Shown here: positions 9,919-20,288 of the stretch, piece by piece
How the letters are laid out: each line of letters opens with the position of its first letter
Position numbering within the stretch: the stretch's first letter is position 1
Source of the DNA: an uncultured Acidobacteriota bacterium
GTDB taxonomy: Bacteria > Acidobacteriota > Polarisedimenticolia > J045
Reading direction: 5' to 3'
DNA length: 64,000 bases
Assembly (NCBI GenBank): GCA_963702425.1
Contig: CAVPCQ010000020.1
Coordinates: forward strand, 32,001-96,000
Position numbers and translations under genes: made by a program
Notes under the pieces: model-generated
Told to the model about the DNA's origin: nothing
Databases searched by the model: none
What the model saw: only the letters and a program-made list of their open reading frames with translations

Positions 9919-10478
9919 CCGCGGGTCCCGGCCGGTCCTCCCGCCCCTTCTCCCGCCTCGGAGGCCGAGACCGGAAGGTGGATGCGGGGCGACTCCTTGG
10001 TGCTCGAGAGGACGACGACGGTTTCGGTCCCGCGCACGCCGGGGAGCGCGTTGAACCGGTCGAGGATCAGGAGCTGGAGCGAGCGACGGTCGGGGACGCG
10101 GACCTTGAGGAAGCAGGTCGCGTTGCCGGTCACGCGGTGGCATTCCTGCACCTCGGCCATCTCGGCGACTTCATCGAGGAAACGCTGCTCGTGGCGCGGG
10201 TGCTCGATGAAGACCTGGACGAACGCGAGCAGGTCGCACTGGGCCTTCTCGGGATCCAGCAGGGCGGCATATCCCCGAACGACTCCCGAGCGCTCGAGCT
10301 TCTTGATCCGCTCGTGGACCGCAGCCGCCGAGAGGTTGATCGCCTTGCCGATCTCCGCGCGCGAGCAGCGCGCATCACGTTGGAGGATCTCGAGAATCGC
10401 GCGATCGACCGCGTCCAGCCGAGGAGGTTCGGAAGGAGGGGTAAGGGAACCAAACATCGTTTTGCCGGGACTAGTCAT
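9915..10478 (-). CDS. Lrp/AsnC family transcriptional regulator
   Basis: LDAVDRAILEILQRDAR..HTH, ECHRVTG; stop overlaps lat ATG (ATGA). Confidence 0.92.
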   Translation of the reverse strand: MTSPGKTMFGSLTPPSEPPRLDAVDRAILEILQRDARCSRAEIGKAINLSAAAVHERIKKLERSGVVRGYAALLDPEKAQCDLLAFVQVFIEHPRHEQRFLDEVAEMAEVQECHRVTGNATCFLKVRVPDRRSLQLLILDRFNALPGVRGTETVVVLSSTKESPRIHLPVSASEAGEGAGGPAGTRG

Positions 10479-10484
10479 GGGAGA

Positions 10485-10514
10485 ATAATATCTCCCGGAG
10501 CCGCCCCCCGGCAA
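10485..10514 (-). promoter_or_regulatory. Putative sigma70 promoter for lrp-lat (possibly leaderless)
   Basis: TTGCCG (10514-10509), 18-nt spacer, TATTAT (10490-10485), 6 nt before ATG at 10478. Confidence 0.5.
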
Positions 10515-10544
10515 GATGATCTTAATCGCACTTCGCCGCCTGTT

Positions 10545-13001
10545 TCAGGCCCCCTCTGGAGCTCCGAAGGCCCGCATCGACTCCGCCATCTCCCTCAGGC
10601 GTTCGTCGACCCGCCGGCCCAGGCTCCCTTCCGGCCATTCTCCGCGGGGGTCGGGGGCACCGAGCGGCATCCGCATCAGCAGGCGGGAGAGGTCGTCCAC
10701 GGTCGAGGCGGCGTAGACCCGGAACCTGCGCCGCTCGACGTCCTCCACGACCTCGGCCTGAAGCTGCAGCGCGCTCGCCGCAGCCGCTGGGACGATCACC
10801 CCCTGCGTCCCGGAGAAGCCCCGTTCCCGGCAGACCCGCCAGAACCCCTCGACCTTCTCGTTGATCCCCCCGACCGTCAGGACCTGGCCGTGCTGGTCCA
10901 CCGCTCCGGTCAGGGCGAGGTCCTGGCGCACCGGCACGCGCCCGAGGGCGGAGAGCAGCGCGATCAGCTCGGCGCCCGACGCGGAGTCCCCTTCGACGCC
11001 GCCGTACGACTGCTCGAAGCAGGTGCTGGCCGTCACCGCCAGGGGGTGGCGCTGGGCGAACAGCGAGCGCAGGTAACCGGCGAGGATCAGCGAGGCCTTG
11101 GTGTGGATCTCGCCCGACAGCTCCGCCTCGCGCTCGATGTCGATGATCCCCGATCGCCCCGCCGCGGCGGTGGCCGTGACGCGCACCGGGTAGCCGAAGC
11201 GCTCGAGGTTGGTCTCGATCACGGCCAGCGCGTTGGCCTGACCGATCCGCTCGCCCTCGAGGTCGAGCCGCAGGGAGCCCTCGCGAATCGACTCGTGGAC
11301 CCGTCCCGACAGCAGCCCTTCGCGCTCGCGGCGGGCCACCAGCGCGCGCTCGACGTGAGCACGGGCGACGCGCGTCGCGCCGCCGTCGCGCGCGAACCAC
11401 GACGCTTCGCGCGCCAGATCGGCCAGCCAGCGGAAGCGGGTCGAGATCTTGCCGGCGCCACCCGCCACCCGGACCAGGTGCTCGAGGATCCGGCCCACCG
11501 CAGCCGCCTCGAAGGGGAGCAGCGATTCCTCCGCGCCGACCCGGCCCAGGAACCGGGCGTAGGAGAGTGCGGTCTCCGCGGTGAGCGGGATCCGTTCGTC
11601 GAAGAGCGCGGTGACCTTGAAGAGCTTCGAGAACTCCTCGTCCCCCTGCGCCATCGCGTCACGCAGCGCCGGCGTCCCGACGAGGATGACGGTCGCGGCG
11701 ATCGGGATCGGCTGCGGGACGAGCGGCGGCGGTCCGTCCCCGGCGAAGGCGGCGATCGGGGCCGCCTGGCCGGTCCGCAGGGCGCGTCGCAGGGCGGCCC
11801 AGGACCCGTCTTCGGCCAGGAGGTCGTGCGCGTTGAGCAGCAGGAAGCCGCCGTCGGCGCGCTGCATGGCCCCGCCGCGGATCCCGGCCAGATCGGCGCG
11901 CAGGCTGCCGTCGGGACCGCGCTGGGTCTCGATCGTGCCCAGCAGGCGCCCCGCGGTGGGATAGCTCTCCTCGACGATCGGCCGGCCCGTCAGCCCGGTC
12001 CGATCGACGACGACGTTGACCGCCATCGCGAGCGCCGGGCCGCGCTCGGCGATGTCGTCCCCTCCCTCCGCTCCGGCGGCCGCCTGATCACCCGCAGCGA
12101 AGGCGACCGGAACGAACTCGAGCAGGAATCCGCACACCTGCGCGAGGTAGGCGTCGAGCGGCTCGCGCTCCCCTTCGGCCACGCCGAGTGCCCCGCGCAC
12201 CTCCTCCAGCCCCGCGAGCACCACCGGCTCGGCCGCCGCACGGTCGACCGCGGCGAGCGCCTCGTCGAGCTTCTCGCCGAGTTCCTTGAGCGTCGCGCTG
12301 GTTTCGGCGAGGCGCGCCGCGAGCAGCGGGTGCTGGGCCGCCAGCCGGTCCGCCTCCTCCTGCGTAAGCTTCCCTTCCTTGACGTGGCTGGCGAGCTCGG
12401 CCAGGCCGACCGGCTGCCCCCCGACGAGTGGAGCCAGGTCGTGCAGGCGGTAGGGGCCCATCGCGACCTCGACCAGCCCGAACCCCTGCTTGGCGACCTC
12501 GGCCTGGAACTCGGCGACCACCGTGGACTGCTTGCCGCGGAGCCCCTTGGCCACCTTGTCGCGGCGCCGGCGGTGCGTTCCCGAGGCGCGCAGGGAGGCC
12601 AGGCCGTCGCGCACGCTGTCGGCCAGCGCAGACAGCCGGTCGCGGAGCACGCGCCCCTTGCCGGGCGGAAGCCGCAGCGCGCGCGGTGCGCGCGGATCGT
12701 CGAAGTTGAAGACGTAGACGATGTCGTCCGGCGCCGGGCCCTTCGCCGCCTCCTTCTCGACGACCCGCCGCACGGTGCTCGTGCGGCCGGTCCCGGGTGC
12801 GCCGGCGACGAAGACGTTATATCCGCGCGCCTCGATCCCGATTCCCAGTTCGAGCGCCGCGATCGCCCCCGGCTGGCCGCCGACGTCGTGCCCGTCCCCC
12901 GACAGCTCCGTCGTCGTCTCGAACGGCAGCCACCCGGCGGGACAGCGCCAGGCCAGCCGCGCGGGAGGGAGCAGGTACTTGTCCAGACGGGGTCGCGGCA
13001 C
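10545..13001 (-). CDS. LonC-type / Lon-like serine protease (AAA-like + S16 protease domain)
   Basis: GQPGAIAALELG..YNVFVAGAPGTGRT; FEQSYGGVEGDSAS (catalytic Ser); GGINEKVEGF (catalytic Lys). Confidence 0.9.
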   Translation of the reverse strand: MPRPRLDKYLLPPARLAWRCPAGWLPFETTTELSGDGHDVGGQPGAIAALELGIGIEARGYNVFVAGAPGTGRTSTVRRVVEKEAAKGPAPDDIVYVFNFDDPRAPRALRLPPGKGRVLRDRLSALADSVRDGLASLRASGTHRRRRDKVAKGLRGKQSTVVAEFQAEVAKQGFGLVEVAMGPYRLHDLAPLVGGQPVGLAELASHVKEGKLTQEEADRLAAQHPLLAARLAETSATLKELGEKLDEALAAVDRAAAEPVVLAGLEEVRGALGVAEGEREPLDAYLAQVCGFLLEFVPVAFAAGDQAAAGAEGGDDIAERGPALAMAVNVVVDRTGLTGRPIVEESYPTAGRLLGTIETQRGPDGSLRADLAGIRGGAMQRADGGFLLLNAHDLLAEDGSWAALRRALRTGQAAPIAAFAGDGPPPLVPQPIPIAATVILVGTPALRDAMAQGDEEFSKLFKVTALFDERIPLTAETALSYARFLGRVGAEESLLPFEAAAVGRILEHLVRVAGGAGKISTRFRWLADLAREASWFARDGGATRVARAHVERALVARREREGLLSGRVHESIREGSLRLDLEGERIGQANALAVIETNLERFGYPVRVTATAAAGRSGIIDIEREAELSGEIHTKASLILAGYLRSLFAQRHPLAVTASTCFEQSYGGVEGDSASGAELIALLSALGRVPVRQDLALTGAVDQHGQVLTVGGINEKVEGFWRVCRERGFSGTQGVIVPAAAASALQLQAEVVEDVERRRFRVYAASTVDDLSRLLMRMPLGAPDPRGEWPEGSLGRRVDERLREMAESMRAFGAPEGA

Positions 13002-13134
13002 GGGATCGTCCTCGGGGACAGGCAGGGAGATCCTAACCCCAACCCGGCGGTTTCCGGCGCGCTCCGGGCGGTACGGCCGCGGGTATGCCGGCAGGCGCGA
13101 TCCGTGTCAGCATCGTCGAGGAGCCCTCGCCGTG

Positions 13135-14334
13135 ATGCCTCGTTCCGTCGCCCGCTCGGCCGCGCTTCTCCTGGCGGCCTTTCTCGTCTGTGCCTCCGTT
13201 GGCGTCGCCGCAACGGCGAAGGTGGTCATCCTCCGGCCGGCCAAGGGAGTCTTGCTCGTCGGCTCGGTCGAGGTGGCGTTCCGGATCGACGGGGTCGATC
13301 CGTCGACGATCGAGGAGGCCACCGTCCTGCTCGACCGGCGGCCGCTCGCGCGCCTCGCCGAGCCCCCCTGGCAGGCGACCCTCGATGCCGGCGACGAGAT
13401 CGGCCGGCGCCAGCTCGACGTCGTCGTCCGGCTCGCGAACGGCACGGAACTCAAGGCCAGCCAGGTCTACGAGCCGGCGGGAGGCATCGAGGAGATCGAC
13501 GTCCGGCTGATCAGCGTCTCGTTCACCGCGCTCGACCGACGCGGACGCCCGGTGCCCGACCTCGCGGCGAGCGAGGTCGAGGTCAAGGACCAGGGGAAGC
13601 CGGTTCCGTTCGAGCGCTACCGGCACGCTGGACCGCCGCTCGACGTGGCGCTCGTGTTCGACACCTCGAACAGCATGCTCGGGGAGCGGCTGGAGGATGC
13701 GCAACGCGCGGCCATGGCCTTCCTCGAGGCGCTGCCGCCCCAGGACCAGGTCGTCGTGCTCGACTTCGGCGAGGACGTGCGGATCTCGGCAGCGCTGTCG
13801 GGCGACCGCGAGGCGGCGAAAAGCGCGGCCAAGGGCTTCAAGGCGTCGGGTGGAACGGCGCTCTACGACGCCGTGTACGAGGCTGCCAAGGCCCTGGCCT
13901 CCGGTCGCAGCGACGCGCGGCGCGTCATGGTCGTGCTGTCCGATGGACGGGACGAGGCCTCGTCCGGTCTCGAGCCGGGGTCGTTCCACACGCTCGAGGA
14001 GGCGATCCGGCAGACGCACCTGAAGGACGTCGCCCTGTTCACGCTGGGCGTCGGCAGCGCGCTCAAGCGCGACACCGACTTCACCGGGCGAATGACCACG
14101 GAGGAGGTGCTGACCCGCCTTGCCGAGTCGACCGGAGGCCGCTACCTGGCCGTGGAGCGCTCCCGGAACCTGGCCGCCGCCTACGGCGACGTCCTCGAGG
14201 AGCTGCGCCAGCGTTACGACCTCGCATTCAAGCCGGGGCCGCGCAAGCCCGGGGAATCGTGGCGCACGATCGAGGTCACGACGACCCGCCCGGGCGTGAC
14301 GCTGCGCGCCCGCCAGGGCTACTACGTCCGCTAG
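13135..14334 (+). CDS. Secreted VWA-domain protein with N-terminal Ig-like domain (acidobacterial VWFA-type)
   Basis: Signal peptide; MIDAS DTSNS, GGTALYDA, VVLSDG; C-terminal ELRQRYDLAF..WRTIEV..RARQGYY. Confidence 0.85.
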   Translation: MPRSVARSAALLLAAFLVCASVGVAATAKVVILRPAKGVLLVGSVEVAFRIDGVDPSTIEEATVLLDRRPLARLAEPPWQATLDAGDEIGRRQLDVVVRLANGTELKASQVYEPAGGIEEIDVRLISVSFTALDRRGRPVPDLAASEVEVKDQGKPVPFERYRHAGPPLDVALVFDTSNSMLGERLEDAQRAAMAFLEALPPQDQVVVLDFGEDVRISAALSGDREAAKSAAKGFKASGGTALYDAVYEAAKALASGRSDARRVMVVLSDGRDEASSGLEPGSFHTLEEAIRQTHLKDVALFTLGVGSALKRDTDFTGRMTTEEVLTRLAESTGGRYLAVERSRNLAAAYGDVLEELRQRYDLAFKPGPRKPGESWRTIEVTTTRPGVTLRARQGYYVR

Positions 14335-14345
14335 GGTTCGCCGGC

Positions 14346-14654
14346 TCAGTCCACCGGCGGCCCGCCCTCGCGCGTCTGGCGGTGGACCAGCACCAGGTTG
14401 CGCGCGTAGAGGATCAGCCCGGCCGCCTGGCCCAGGGTGAAGACCGGGTTGTGGATCCCGATCGCGTAGACCAACGAGACCGAGCCACCCGCGAGCGACA
14501 GCCACCAGAACGCTGTCGGCACGAGGCTGTGCTTCGCGCGTTCAGAGGCGATCCACTGCACCAGAAAGCGCGAGAAGAACATCGCCTGCCCCACGAATCC
14601 GATGGCGTCCCACGGATTGAGCGTGAACTGCCAGGGTCCCAGGTCGAGGATCAT
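14346..14654 (-). CDS. Lipid-A-disaccharide synthase N-terminal (LAB_N) domain membrane protein
   Basis: IGFVGQAMFFSRFLVQWIASERAKHSLVPTAFWWLSLAGG; ATG overlaps upstream GT2 stop. Confidence 0.88.
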   Translation of the reverse strand: MILDLGPWQFTLNPWDAIGFVGQAMFFSRFLVQWIASERAKHSLVPTAFWWLSLAGGSVSLVYAIGIHNPVFTLGQAAGLILYARNLVLVHRQTREGGPPVD

Positions 14655-15409
14655 CGGCGTACCTCGTAGCGGATCCAGCGGCGCTGCAGCCAGCGCACGC
14701 CCAGCAGGTCGACGAACGCGCGCCAGGCGCGGTTGAACATGCCGTACTTGGACGTTCCGCCCTGGCGCGGACGGTGCGCGACCGCGACCTCGACCACGGT
14801 CCGGGCCCCGGCCAGCCGGCAGAGCGTCGGCAGGAAGCGGTGCATGCCGTTGAAGACCGGAAGCTCGAGCAGGAAGCGCCGGCGAAAGGCCTTCAGCGAG
14901 CAGCCAGTGTCGCGGATCGTCTCGCCCGAGAGGCCGTTGCGTACAGCGTTGGCGATCCAGCTCTGCAGGCGGCGCCAGGCGCTGTCGCGCCGCCTCTCCC
15001 GGTAGCCGGCGACGAGGTCGACGCCACCGGTCAGGGCCGTGAGCAGCTTCGGAACCTCGGCCGGCGGGTTCTGCCCGTCGGCGTCGAGGGTGACGACAAT
15101 CCCGCCGTGCGCCGCGCGGAACCCGGCGGCAAACGCGGCGCTCTGGCCGGCGTTCCGGACGAAGTGGACCACGACGAGCCGCGGATCGCTGGCCGCGGCG
15201 CGGTCGAGCCACTCCGCGGAGCCGTCGGACGAGCCGTCGTCGACGAGCACGACCTCGTAGGGCACCCCGATCGGGTCGAGGGCGGCGTGGATCTCCCCGA
15301 CGAGGGCCGGAAGGCACTCGATCTCGTTGAAGACGGGGATCACCAGCGACACCTCCGGACCCGGCGGGCCGGCAGTCGCGGCGTCCGTCGCCTTGTTCTC
15401 CCCGCTCAC
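14651..15409 (-). CDS. Family 2 glycosyltransferase (polyprenyl-phosphate glycosyltransferase, ArnC/DPM-like)
   Basis: SLVIPVFNE, VDDGSSDGS, NAGQSAA, TLDADGQNPP, DTGCSLKAF, MHRFLP, SKYG. Confidence 0.9.
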   Translation of the reverse strand: MSGENKATDAATAGPPGPEVSLVIPVFNEIECLPALVGEIHAALDPIGVPYEVVLVDDGSSDGSAEWLDRAAASDPRLVVVHFVRNAGQSAAFAAGFRAAHGGIVVTLDADGQNPPAEVPKLLTALTGGVDLVAGYRERRRDSAWRRLQSWIANAVRNGLSGETIRDTGCSLKAFRRRFLLELPVFNGMHRFLPTLCRLAGARTVVEVAVAHRPRQGGTSKYGMFNRAWRAFVDLLGVRWLQRRWIRYEVRR

Positions 15410-16104
15410 GGTTCCCGCACCCCCTTCCGATTGAACGGCCACAGGCGGCGCCAGCGACGAAAGCGCCGGAGGAAGGCGCGGTCGCGCTCGCTCAGCAGGT
15501 CCGGCGCGAACTGCTCCTTCCACTTCAGAAAGCCGCCCAGATCGACCCGACGGGCGAGTTCGAAGAACAGCCGGCGACGCCACGAGCCGGGCGGAAAGAA
15601 GGTCGCCCCCCCCCAGTCGATGATCGCGACCCGCTCCCCATCGGGCGACGCGAGGACGTTCTCGCGGCCTCGCAGGTCGTTGTGCACCACGCCCGCCGCG
15701 TGCGCCGCCAACAGGATGCGCTCGAACTCGTCCAGCGCGCGGCGCCGGGCCGGGGGGGCACAATGCTGGAGGCGCATCCCATCGACCCGTTCCATCGCGA
15801 AGGCGTCGTCGTCGAGCCGGCCGACGAGGGCCGGCACGCCCGCCAGGCCGACGAGCGACTGGAGGGCGCGCTGCTCGCGGCGCAGTTGGAACCGGCCGAG
15901 GGCGCGGCCGAGCCACGGCTTCCCAGCGAAGTCCTTCACGACCACGCGGCGCCCGTCTCCGAGCGTGGCGCTCCAGAGGTCGGCCTTCGACCAGCGCCCG
16001 TGCACGAGCCATCCCTCCCGCCGGGCCTCGAGTTCGGCGCGGCACAGCGCCGCAAGCGGGGGTCGAGGAGGTTCCGGCGGCCGCCGGTCGGGAGCCGCGC
16101 TCAT
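15406..16104 (-). CDS. Small kinase of the Kdo/WaaP/RIO-like (protein-kinase-like) superfamily
   Basis: VVVKDF, RE.RAL, HNDLRGRENVL catalytic loop, IIDWG. Confidence 0.75.
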   Translation of the reverse strand: MSAAPDRRPPEPPRPPLAALCRAELEARREGWLVHGRWSKADLWSATLGDGRRVVVKDFAGKPWLGRALGRFQLRREQRALQSLVGLAGVPALVGRLDDDAFAMERVDGMRLQHCAPPARRRALDEFERILLAAHAAGVVHNDLRGRENVLASPDGERVAIIDWGGATFFPPGSWRRRLFFELARRVDLGGFLKWKEQFAPDLLSERDRAFLRRFRRWRRLWPFNRKGVREP

Positions 16105-16109
16105 CCCCT

Positions 16110-16116
16110 TATAATC
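16110..16116. promoter_or_regulatory. Candidate bidirectional -10 element
   Basis: Perfect TATAAT on + (16110-16115) in the 56-bp divergent gap; overlapping GATTAT on - lies 6 nt from the kinase ATG. Confidence 0.45.
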
Positions 16117-16160
16117 CCCGCGCCCGGCCGTCACGGCCCGGCTGCCATGCGGGAGACATC

Positions 16161-16736
16161 ATGGGCCAACGTCCGGTCGCCAACATTCTCCGCCTCGTGT
16201 TCCTCTTCGCGGGGATCGCCGTCGTGATCTACTTCTCCACGCCGACGCCGTGGAGCGTCGCGATCGGCGTACCGCTCATCGTCTTCGGCGAGGCGGTCAG
16301 GGTGTGGGCCGCCGGCTACCTCGTCAAGACCCGCCAGCTGATCACCGGCGGGCCCTACCGCCACACCCGGAACCCGCTCTACTTCGGCCGCTTCCTGATC
16401 CTCACGGGCCTCGGGATTGCGGCCTGGCTCCCGTTCGGCCTCAACCTGGTCCTGCTCGCCGCCGGCTGGCTCGGGTTCTTCGGATACTACCTCCCGCGCA
16501 AGGAACGGATCGAGCCCGCGCGCCTCGAGGAAACCCACGGCGAGCCCTATCGCCGCTACCGGGACGCAGTCCCCGCGCTCTTCCCGCGCTGGGGCGCCTG
16601 GCCGGGAAGCGACCAGCGCTGGAAGCTCGAGAACTTCATGCGCAACCGCGAGTACATGATGATCGTCGGGCTCGGCCTGATCGCGGCGTACCTCGTGGTC
16701 CAGGCGATGCAACCATCCCCGGGACCACTGGCCTAG
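16161..16736 (+). CDS. Isoprenylcysteine carboxyl methyltransferase / PEMT-family membrane methyltransferase
   Basis: Multiple TM segments; GEAVRVWAAGY, LITGGPYRHTRNPLYFG, E..L...HGEPYRRYRDAVPALFP. Confidence 0.85.
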   Translation: MGQRPVANILRLVFLFAGIAVVIYFSTPTPWSVAIGVPLIVFGEAVRVWAAGYLVKTRQLITGGPYRHTRNPLYFGRFLILTGLGIAAWLPFGLNLVLLAAGWLGFFGYYLPRKERIEPARLEETHGEPYRRYRDAVPALFPRWGAWPGSDQRWKLENFMRNREYMMIVGLGLIAAYLVVQAMQPSPGPLA

Positions 16737-18652
16737 GCTTCCGGTCCGCCGGCGACCACCGAACCCGCGCCAGCCTCGGACGAAGGGGCCGCGCCGTCGA
16801 ACGGCTCCGCCTGCAGCGCGGTCATCTGCGCGTAGCGGCCGCCCTCGGCGAGCAATTCGGCGTGCGTGCCGCTCTCCACGACACGCCCCCGCTCCAGGAC
16901 GTGGATCCGGTCGGCGCCGGCGATGGTGTGAAGCCGGTGAGCGATGATCAGAGCCGTCCGGCCCTCGAGCAGCGCGTCGAGTGCGATCTGCACCGCCCGC
17001 TCCGACGTGGCATCGAGCTGCGAGGTCGCCTCGTCGAGGATCAGGATCGGCGCGTTCTTGAGGAAGGCACGCGCGATCGCCAGCCGCTGGCGCTGGCCCG
17101 ACGAGAGCTGTCCGCCGCGCTCTCCGAGCGGGGTGTCGTACCCCAGCGGCAGAGCCAGGATGAACTCCTCCGCCTGGGCGGCACGCGCAGCGACGCGCAC
17201 CTCCTCGAGCGACGCGCCGGGGCGGGCGTAGGCGATGTTGGCGAAGACCGTGTCGTCGAACAGGTGCGTCTCCTGGGCGACCAGCGTGAGCTGGTCGCGC
17301 AGCGAACGCATCGTGACGTCGCGCAGGTCGCGCCCATCGATCAGCACGCGACCGCCGGTAGGGTCGGCGAAGCGCGGCAGGAGCGCTGCGAGCGTGCTCT
17401 TTCCCGAACCCGACGGGCCGACGAGCGCGTGGCTCTCGCCGGCACCGATCGTGATCGAGACCCCTTCCAGCACCGGCCCGCGGCCGTACGTGAAGACCAC
17501 GTCCTCGAAGCGGATCGCATCCCGGAAGGCCGGCAACACCTCGGCACCCGTCTTGTCGAAGACTGCCACGGGGGCGTCGAGGATCTCGTAGACCCGGCGG
17601 GCCGCAGCCGATGCCTGCTGCACGGAATTGTTCAGGCTGGAGAGCTTGCGCACGTTGTTGAAGACCACCAGCAGGGCGACGAGCGAACGCATCAGGTCGC
17701 TGCCCGAGACTCGGCCCGCGTGCACCAGCCAGCCGGCGTAGGAAATCAGCCCGGCGCCGACGAGGATTCCCAGGAACTCCATCGAGGCCGGGGTGAGCGC
17801 CAGCACGCGCGCCACCTTCAGGTCCTGGCGCAGCATCGCCTTGAGCACCTTGCCGAAGCGGGCCAGCTCGTGGCCCACCCCGTCGAAGGCCTGCACGATC
17901 CGGCGCGCCATGAGCGTCTCGGCGATCAGCGACGACAGCCGTGCCGCCTGCTCCTGGCTGCGTCGGGTCGCCGTCTTGACCCGCTGGCCGAAGCGCGCGG
18001 CGCCGTATCCGAAGACGGGGATCGTGATCAGCGTCACCAGCGCGATCTGCCACGAGCCGACGAACGAGACCGCGAGCATGATGATCACGAGCGGGATCGA
18101 CTGCAGCGCCAGGCTGAAGTTGGAGCCGACGATCGACTGCAGCCGCGTGACATCGCTCATGATCCGCGACTGCATCTCGGCCACCCCGTGGACGCGGTAG
18201 AACTCGTCGGACTGCGAGAGCGTCTTCTCGTAGAGCCGCTGCCGCAGGTCGGCGACGATCCTCAACCCGATCCGTTGCATGCTGTAGGCGGCGAAGAAAT
18301 CGAGCAGGCACTTGATCAGGTAGAGGGCTGCGATCGCCAGCGGGATCCGCACGTAACCCCTGGCGTAGAGCCACGCCCGAACCGGTTCGAACGCGGCCTC
18401 GAGGTTGCTCCGGAGGCCCCGGGCCCAGCCGGGAACGAGCGCGTCTGCCCCCCCCGGAACCGGCGGGACCGGCGACGCCGCGCGCGCCGCGCCGCCGCCG
18501 AGTTCCTGGAACAGCGGCTTGAGCAGCCCCACCGCGCCGGCCAGCATCAGCGACGCGAGCAGCGACGCCACGGCCGCGGCGATCAGGGTCGTGCGATACC
18601 TGAGGAGCAGACGCCCCAGCCGGCCGAGGTCGCCCACGTGCGGCTCGCTCAC
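16733..18652 (-). CDS. msbA: MsbA-like ABC exporter (TMD + NBD)
   Basis: ABC TM domain; [22 protein letters not shown]; start overlaps ruvB stop. Confidence 0.85.
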   Translation of the reverse strand: MSEPHVGDLGRLGRLLLRYRTTLIAAAVASLLASLMLAGAVGLLKPLFQELGGGAARAASPVPPVPGGADALVPGWARGLRSNLEAAFEPVRAWLYARGYVRIPLAIAALYLIKCLLDFFAAYSMQRIGLRIVADLRQRLYEKTLSQSDEFYRVHGVAEMQSRIMSDVTRLQSIVGSNFSLALQSIPLVIIMLAVSFVGSWQIALVTLITIPVFGYGAARFGQRVKTATRRSQEQAARLSSLIAETLMARRIVQAFDGVGHELARFGKVLKAMLRQDLKVARVLALTPASMEFLGILVGAGLISYAGWLVHAGRVSGSDLMRSLVALLVVFNNVRKLSSLNNSVQQASAAARRVYEILDAPVAVFDKTGAEVLPAFRDAIRFEDVVFTYGRGPVLEGVSITIGAGESHALVGPSGSGKSTLAALLPRFADPTGGRVLIDGRDLRDVTMRSLRDQLTLVAQETHLFDDTVFANIAYARPGASLEEVRVAARAAQAEEFILALPLGYDTPLGERGGQLSSGQRQRLAIARAFLKNAPILILDEATSQLDATSERAVQIALDALLEGRTALIIAHRLHTIAGADRIHVLERGRVVESGTHAELLAEGGRYAQMTALQAEPFDGAAPSSEAGAGSVVAGGPEA

Positions 18653-19680
18653 GGGAAGAGCGCCGGGCCGCGGCCCGGCGCGAACCCGAGGTGGCGGCGG
18701 GCCCGCTCGGTCGCGCAGCGCCCGCGCGGGGTTCGCTCGAGCATCCCGATCTGGATCAGGAACGGCTCGGACACCTCCTCGAGCGTGTCCGGCTCCTCGC
18801 CGAGCGCCGCCGCCAGCGTGCCGAGACCGACCGGGCCACCCCCGTGGTTCTCGACGATGAGCGTCAGCAGCCGCCGGTCGAGCCCGTCGAGCCCGAGGCT
18901 GTCGACGCCGAGCCGCTCGAGGGCGCGGCGGGCCAGCGCGAGGTCGACCTGTCCACCCGTCTCGACCTCCGCGAAGTCACGGAGCCGACGCAACAGGCGG
19001 AGTGCGACGCGCGGGGTCCCGCGCCCGCGGGCCGCGATCTCGGCGGCAGCGTCCTCCTCCACGCGCACCTCCAGGCGCGGAGTCGCGCGCAGGACGATCG
19101 TCTGCAGGTCGGCCGGCGGGTAGAACTCGAGCCGCTCGACGATCCCGAAGCGGTCGCGCAACGGGGCGCTGAGGAGTCCGGAACGGGTCGTGGCCCCGAC
19201 CAGGGTGAAGGGCGGGAGGTCGATCCGCACCGACCGCGCCCCCGGCCCCTGGCCGATCGTCAGGTCGAGGCCGAAGTCCTCCATCGCGGGATAGAGCACC
19301 TCTTCGACGACCGTGCCGAGACGGTGGATCTCGTCGACGAACAGCACGTCTCCCGGCTCGAGGTGCGTCAGGAGCGCAGCGAGGTCGCCTGGCCGCTCGA
19401 TCGCAGGCCCGGAGGTCATGTGGAGCCGGCTCCCCAGTTCGGTCGCGATGATGTGAGCGAGGCTGGTCTTGCCGAGCCCGGGGGGGCCGGCAAGAAGGAC
19501 GTGGTCCGGGGGCTTTCCGCGACGCCGCGCCGCCTCGAGGTAGATCCCGAGGTTGTCGACCACTCGGGCCTGGCCGACGAACTCGGGCAGCGTTCGCGGG
19601 CGGAGGCTGGCCTCGTGACGCAAATCCTCGCCCGAGGCGATCGGCGTCAGCATGTCTCGTTCCATCCCCGGGTCGCTCAT
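18649..19680 (-). CDS. ruvB: Holliday junction helicase RuvB
   Basis: [41 protein letters not shown]. Confidence 0.97.
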   Translation of the reverse strand: MSDPGMERDMLTPIASGEDLRHEASLRPRTLPEFVGQARVVDNLGIYLEAARRRGKPPDHVLLAGPPGLGKTSLAHIIATELGSRLHMTSGPAIERPGDLAALLTHLEPGDVLFVDEIHRLGTVVEEVLYPAMEDFGLDLTIGQGPGARSVRIDLPPFTLVGATTRSGLLSAPLRDRFGIVERLEFYPPADLQTIVLRATPRLEVRVEEDAAAEIAARGRGTPRVALRLLRRLRDFAEVETGGQVDLALARRALERLGVDSLGLDGLDRRLLTLIVENHGGGPVGLGTLAAALGEEPDTLEEVSEPFLIQIGMLERTPRGRCATERARRHLGFAPGRGPALFP

Positions 19681-20288
19681 CGGCGGGCCCCGAGCTCGCG
19701 CAGGGCCGCGCGGACCAGGGCCGCGAGCCCCGGGCTCTTCCCCTCCGCCGGGAGGCGGGCCAGTGCCGCCTGGACTTCGGCTGGCTTGTATCCGAGATTC
19801 TCGAGCGCGCTGACCGCGTCGTGCTCCAGCGCGGAGGCGGTCCCCGTTTCCGGCGCGTTGACGGTCCCGGTCGCGCCGCCCCGCCAGTCCTTGAGCCGAT
19901 CGCGCAGCTCGAGGATCAGGCGTTGGGCGGTCTTCTTTCCGATGCCGGGCACCCCCTGGAGGACCGCGGCGCGCTCCTCATGCACCGCGCTCACCAGCTC
20001 ACCGACCGAGAGCGACGACAGCAGGGCCATCCCCAGCCGCGGGCCGATCCCCGGCACGGCCGTCAGCGTGCCGAAGAGTGCCTTCTCGTCCCGAGTCACG
20101 AAGCCGAAGAGCTGAAGGCTCTCGTTGCGCCACAGCGTCAGGACCTCGAGCTCGACAGCGTTTCCCTCGGGTGGGAGGTTCTCGAATGTGGCGAGCGACA
20201 CGGTGAGCTCATAGCCGACGCCGCCGACGTCGATGATCACCTGCGGCATCGCCCGACGCCGCATCGTGCCCGACAGATGGCCGATCAA
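19677..20288 (-). CDS. ruvA: Holliday junction branch migration protein RuvA
   Basis: [48 protein letters not shown]; TTG start overlaps ruvC stop. Confidence 0.95.
   Translation of the reverse strand: MIGHLSGTMRRRAMPQVIIDVGGVGYELTVSLATFENLPPEGNAVELEVLTLWRNESLQLFGFVTRDEKALFGTLTAVPGIGPRLGMALLSSLSVGELVSAVHEERAAVLQGVPGIGKKTAQRLILELRDRLKDWRGGATGTVNAPETGTASALEHDAVSALENLGYKPAEVQAALARLPAEGKSPGLAALVRAALRELGARR

Noticed and set aside
9906-14669. 1587-aa ORF on + strand
   Set aside because: Antisense/off-frame shadow of lrp, lonC and the VWA gene; Arg/Ala/Gly-rich with no motifs, as expected in very high-GC DNA.
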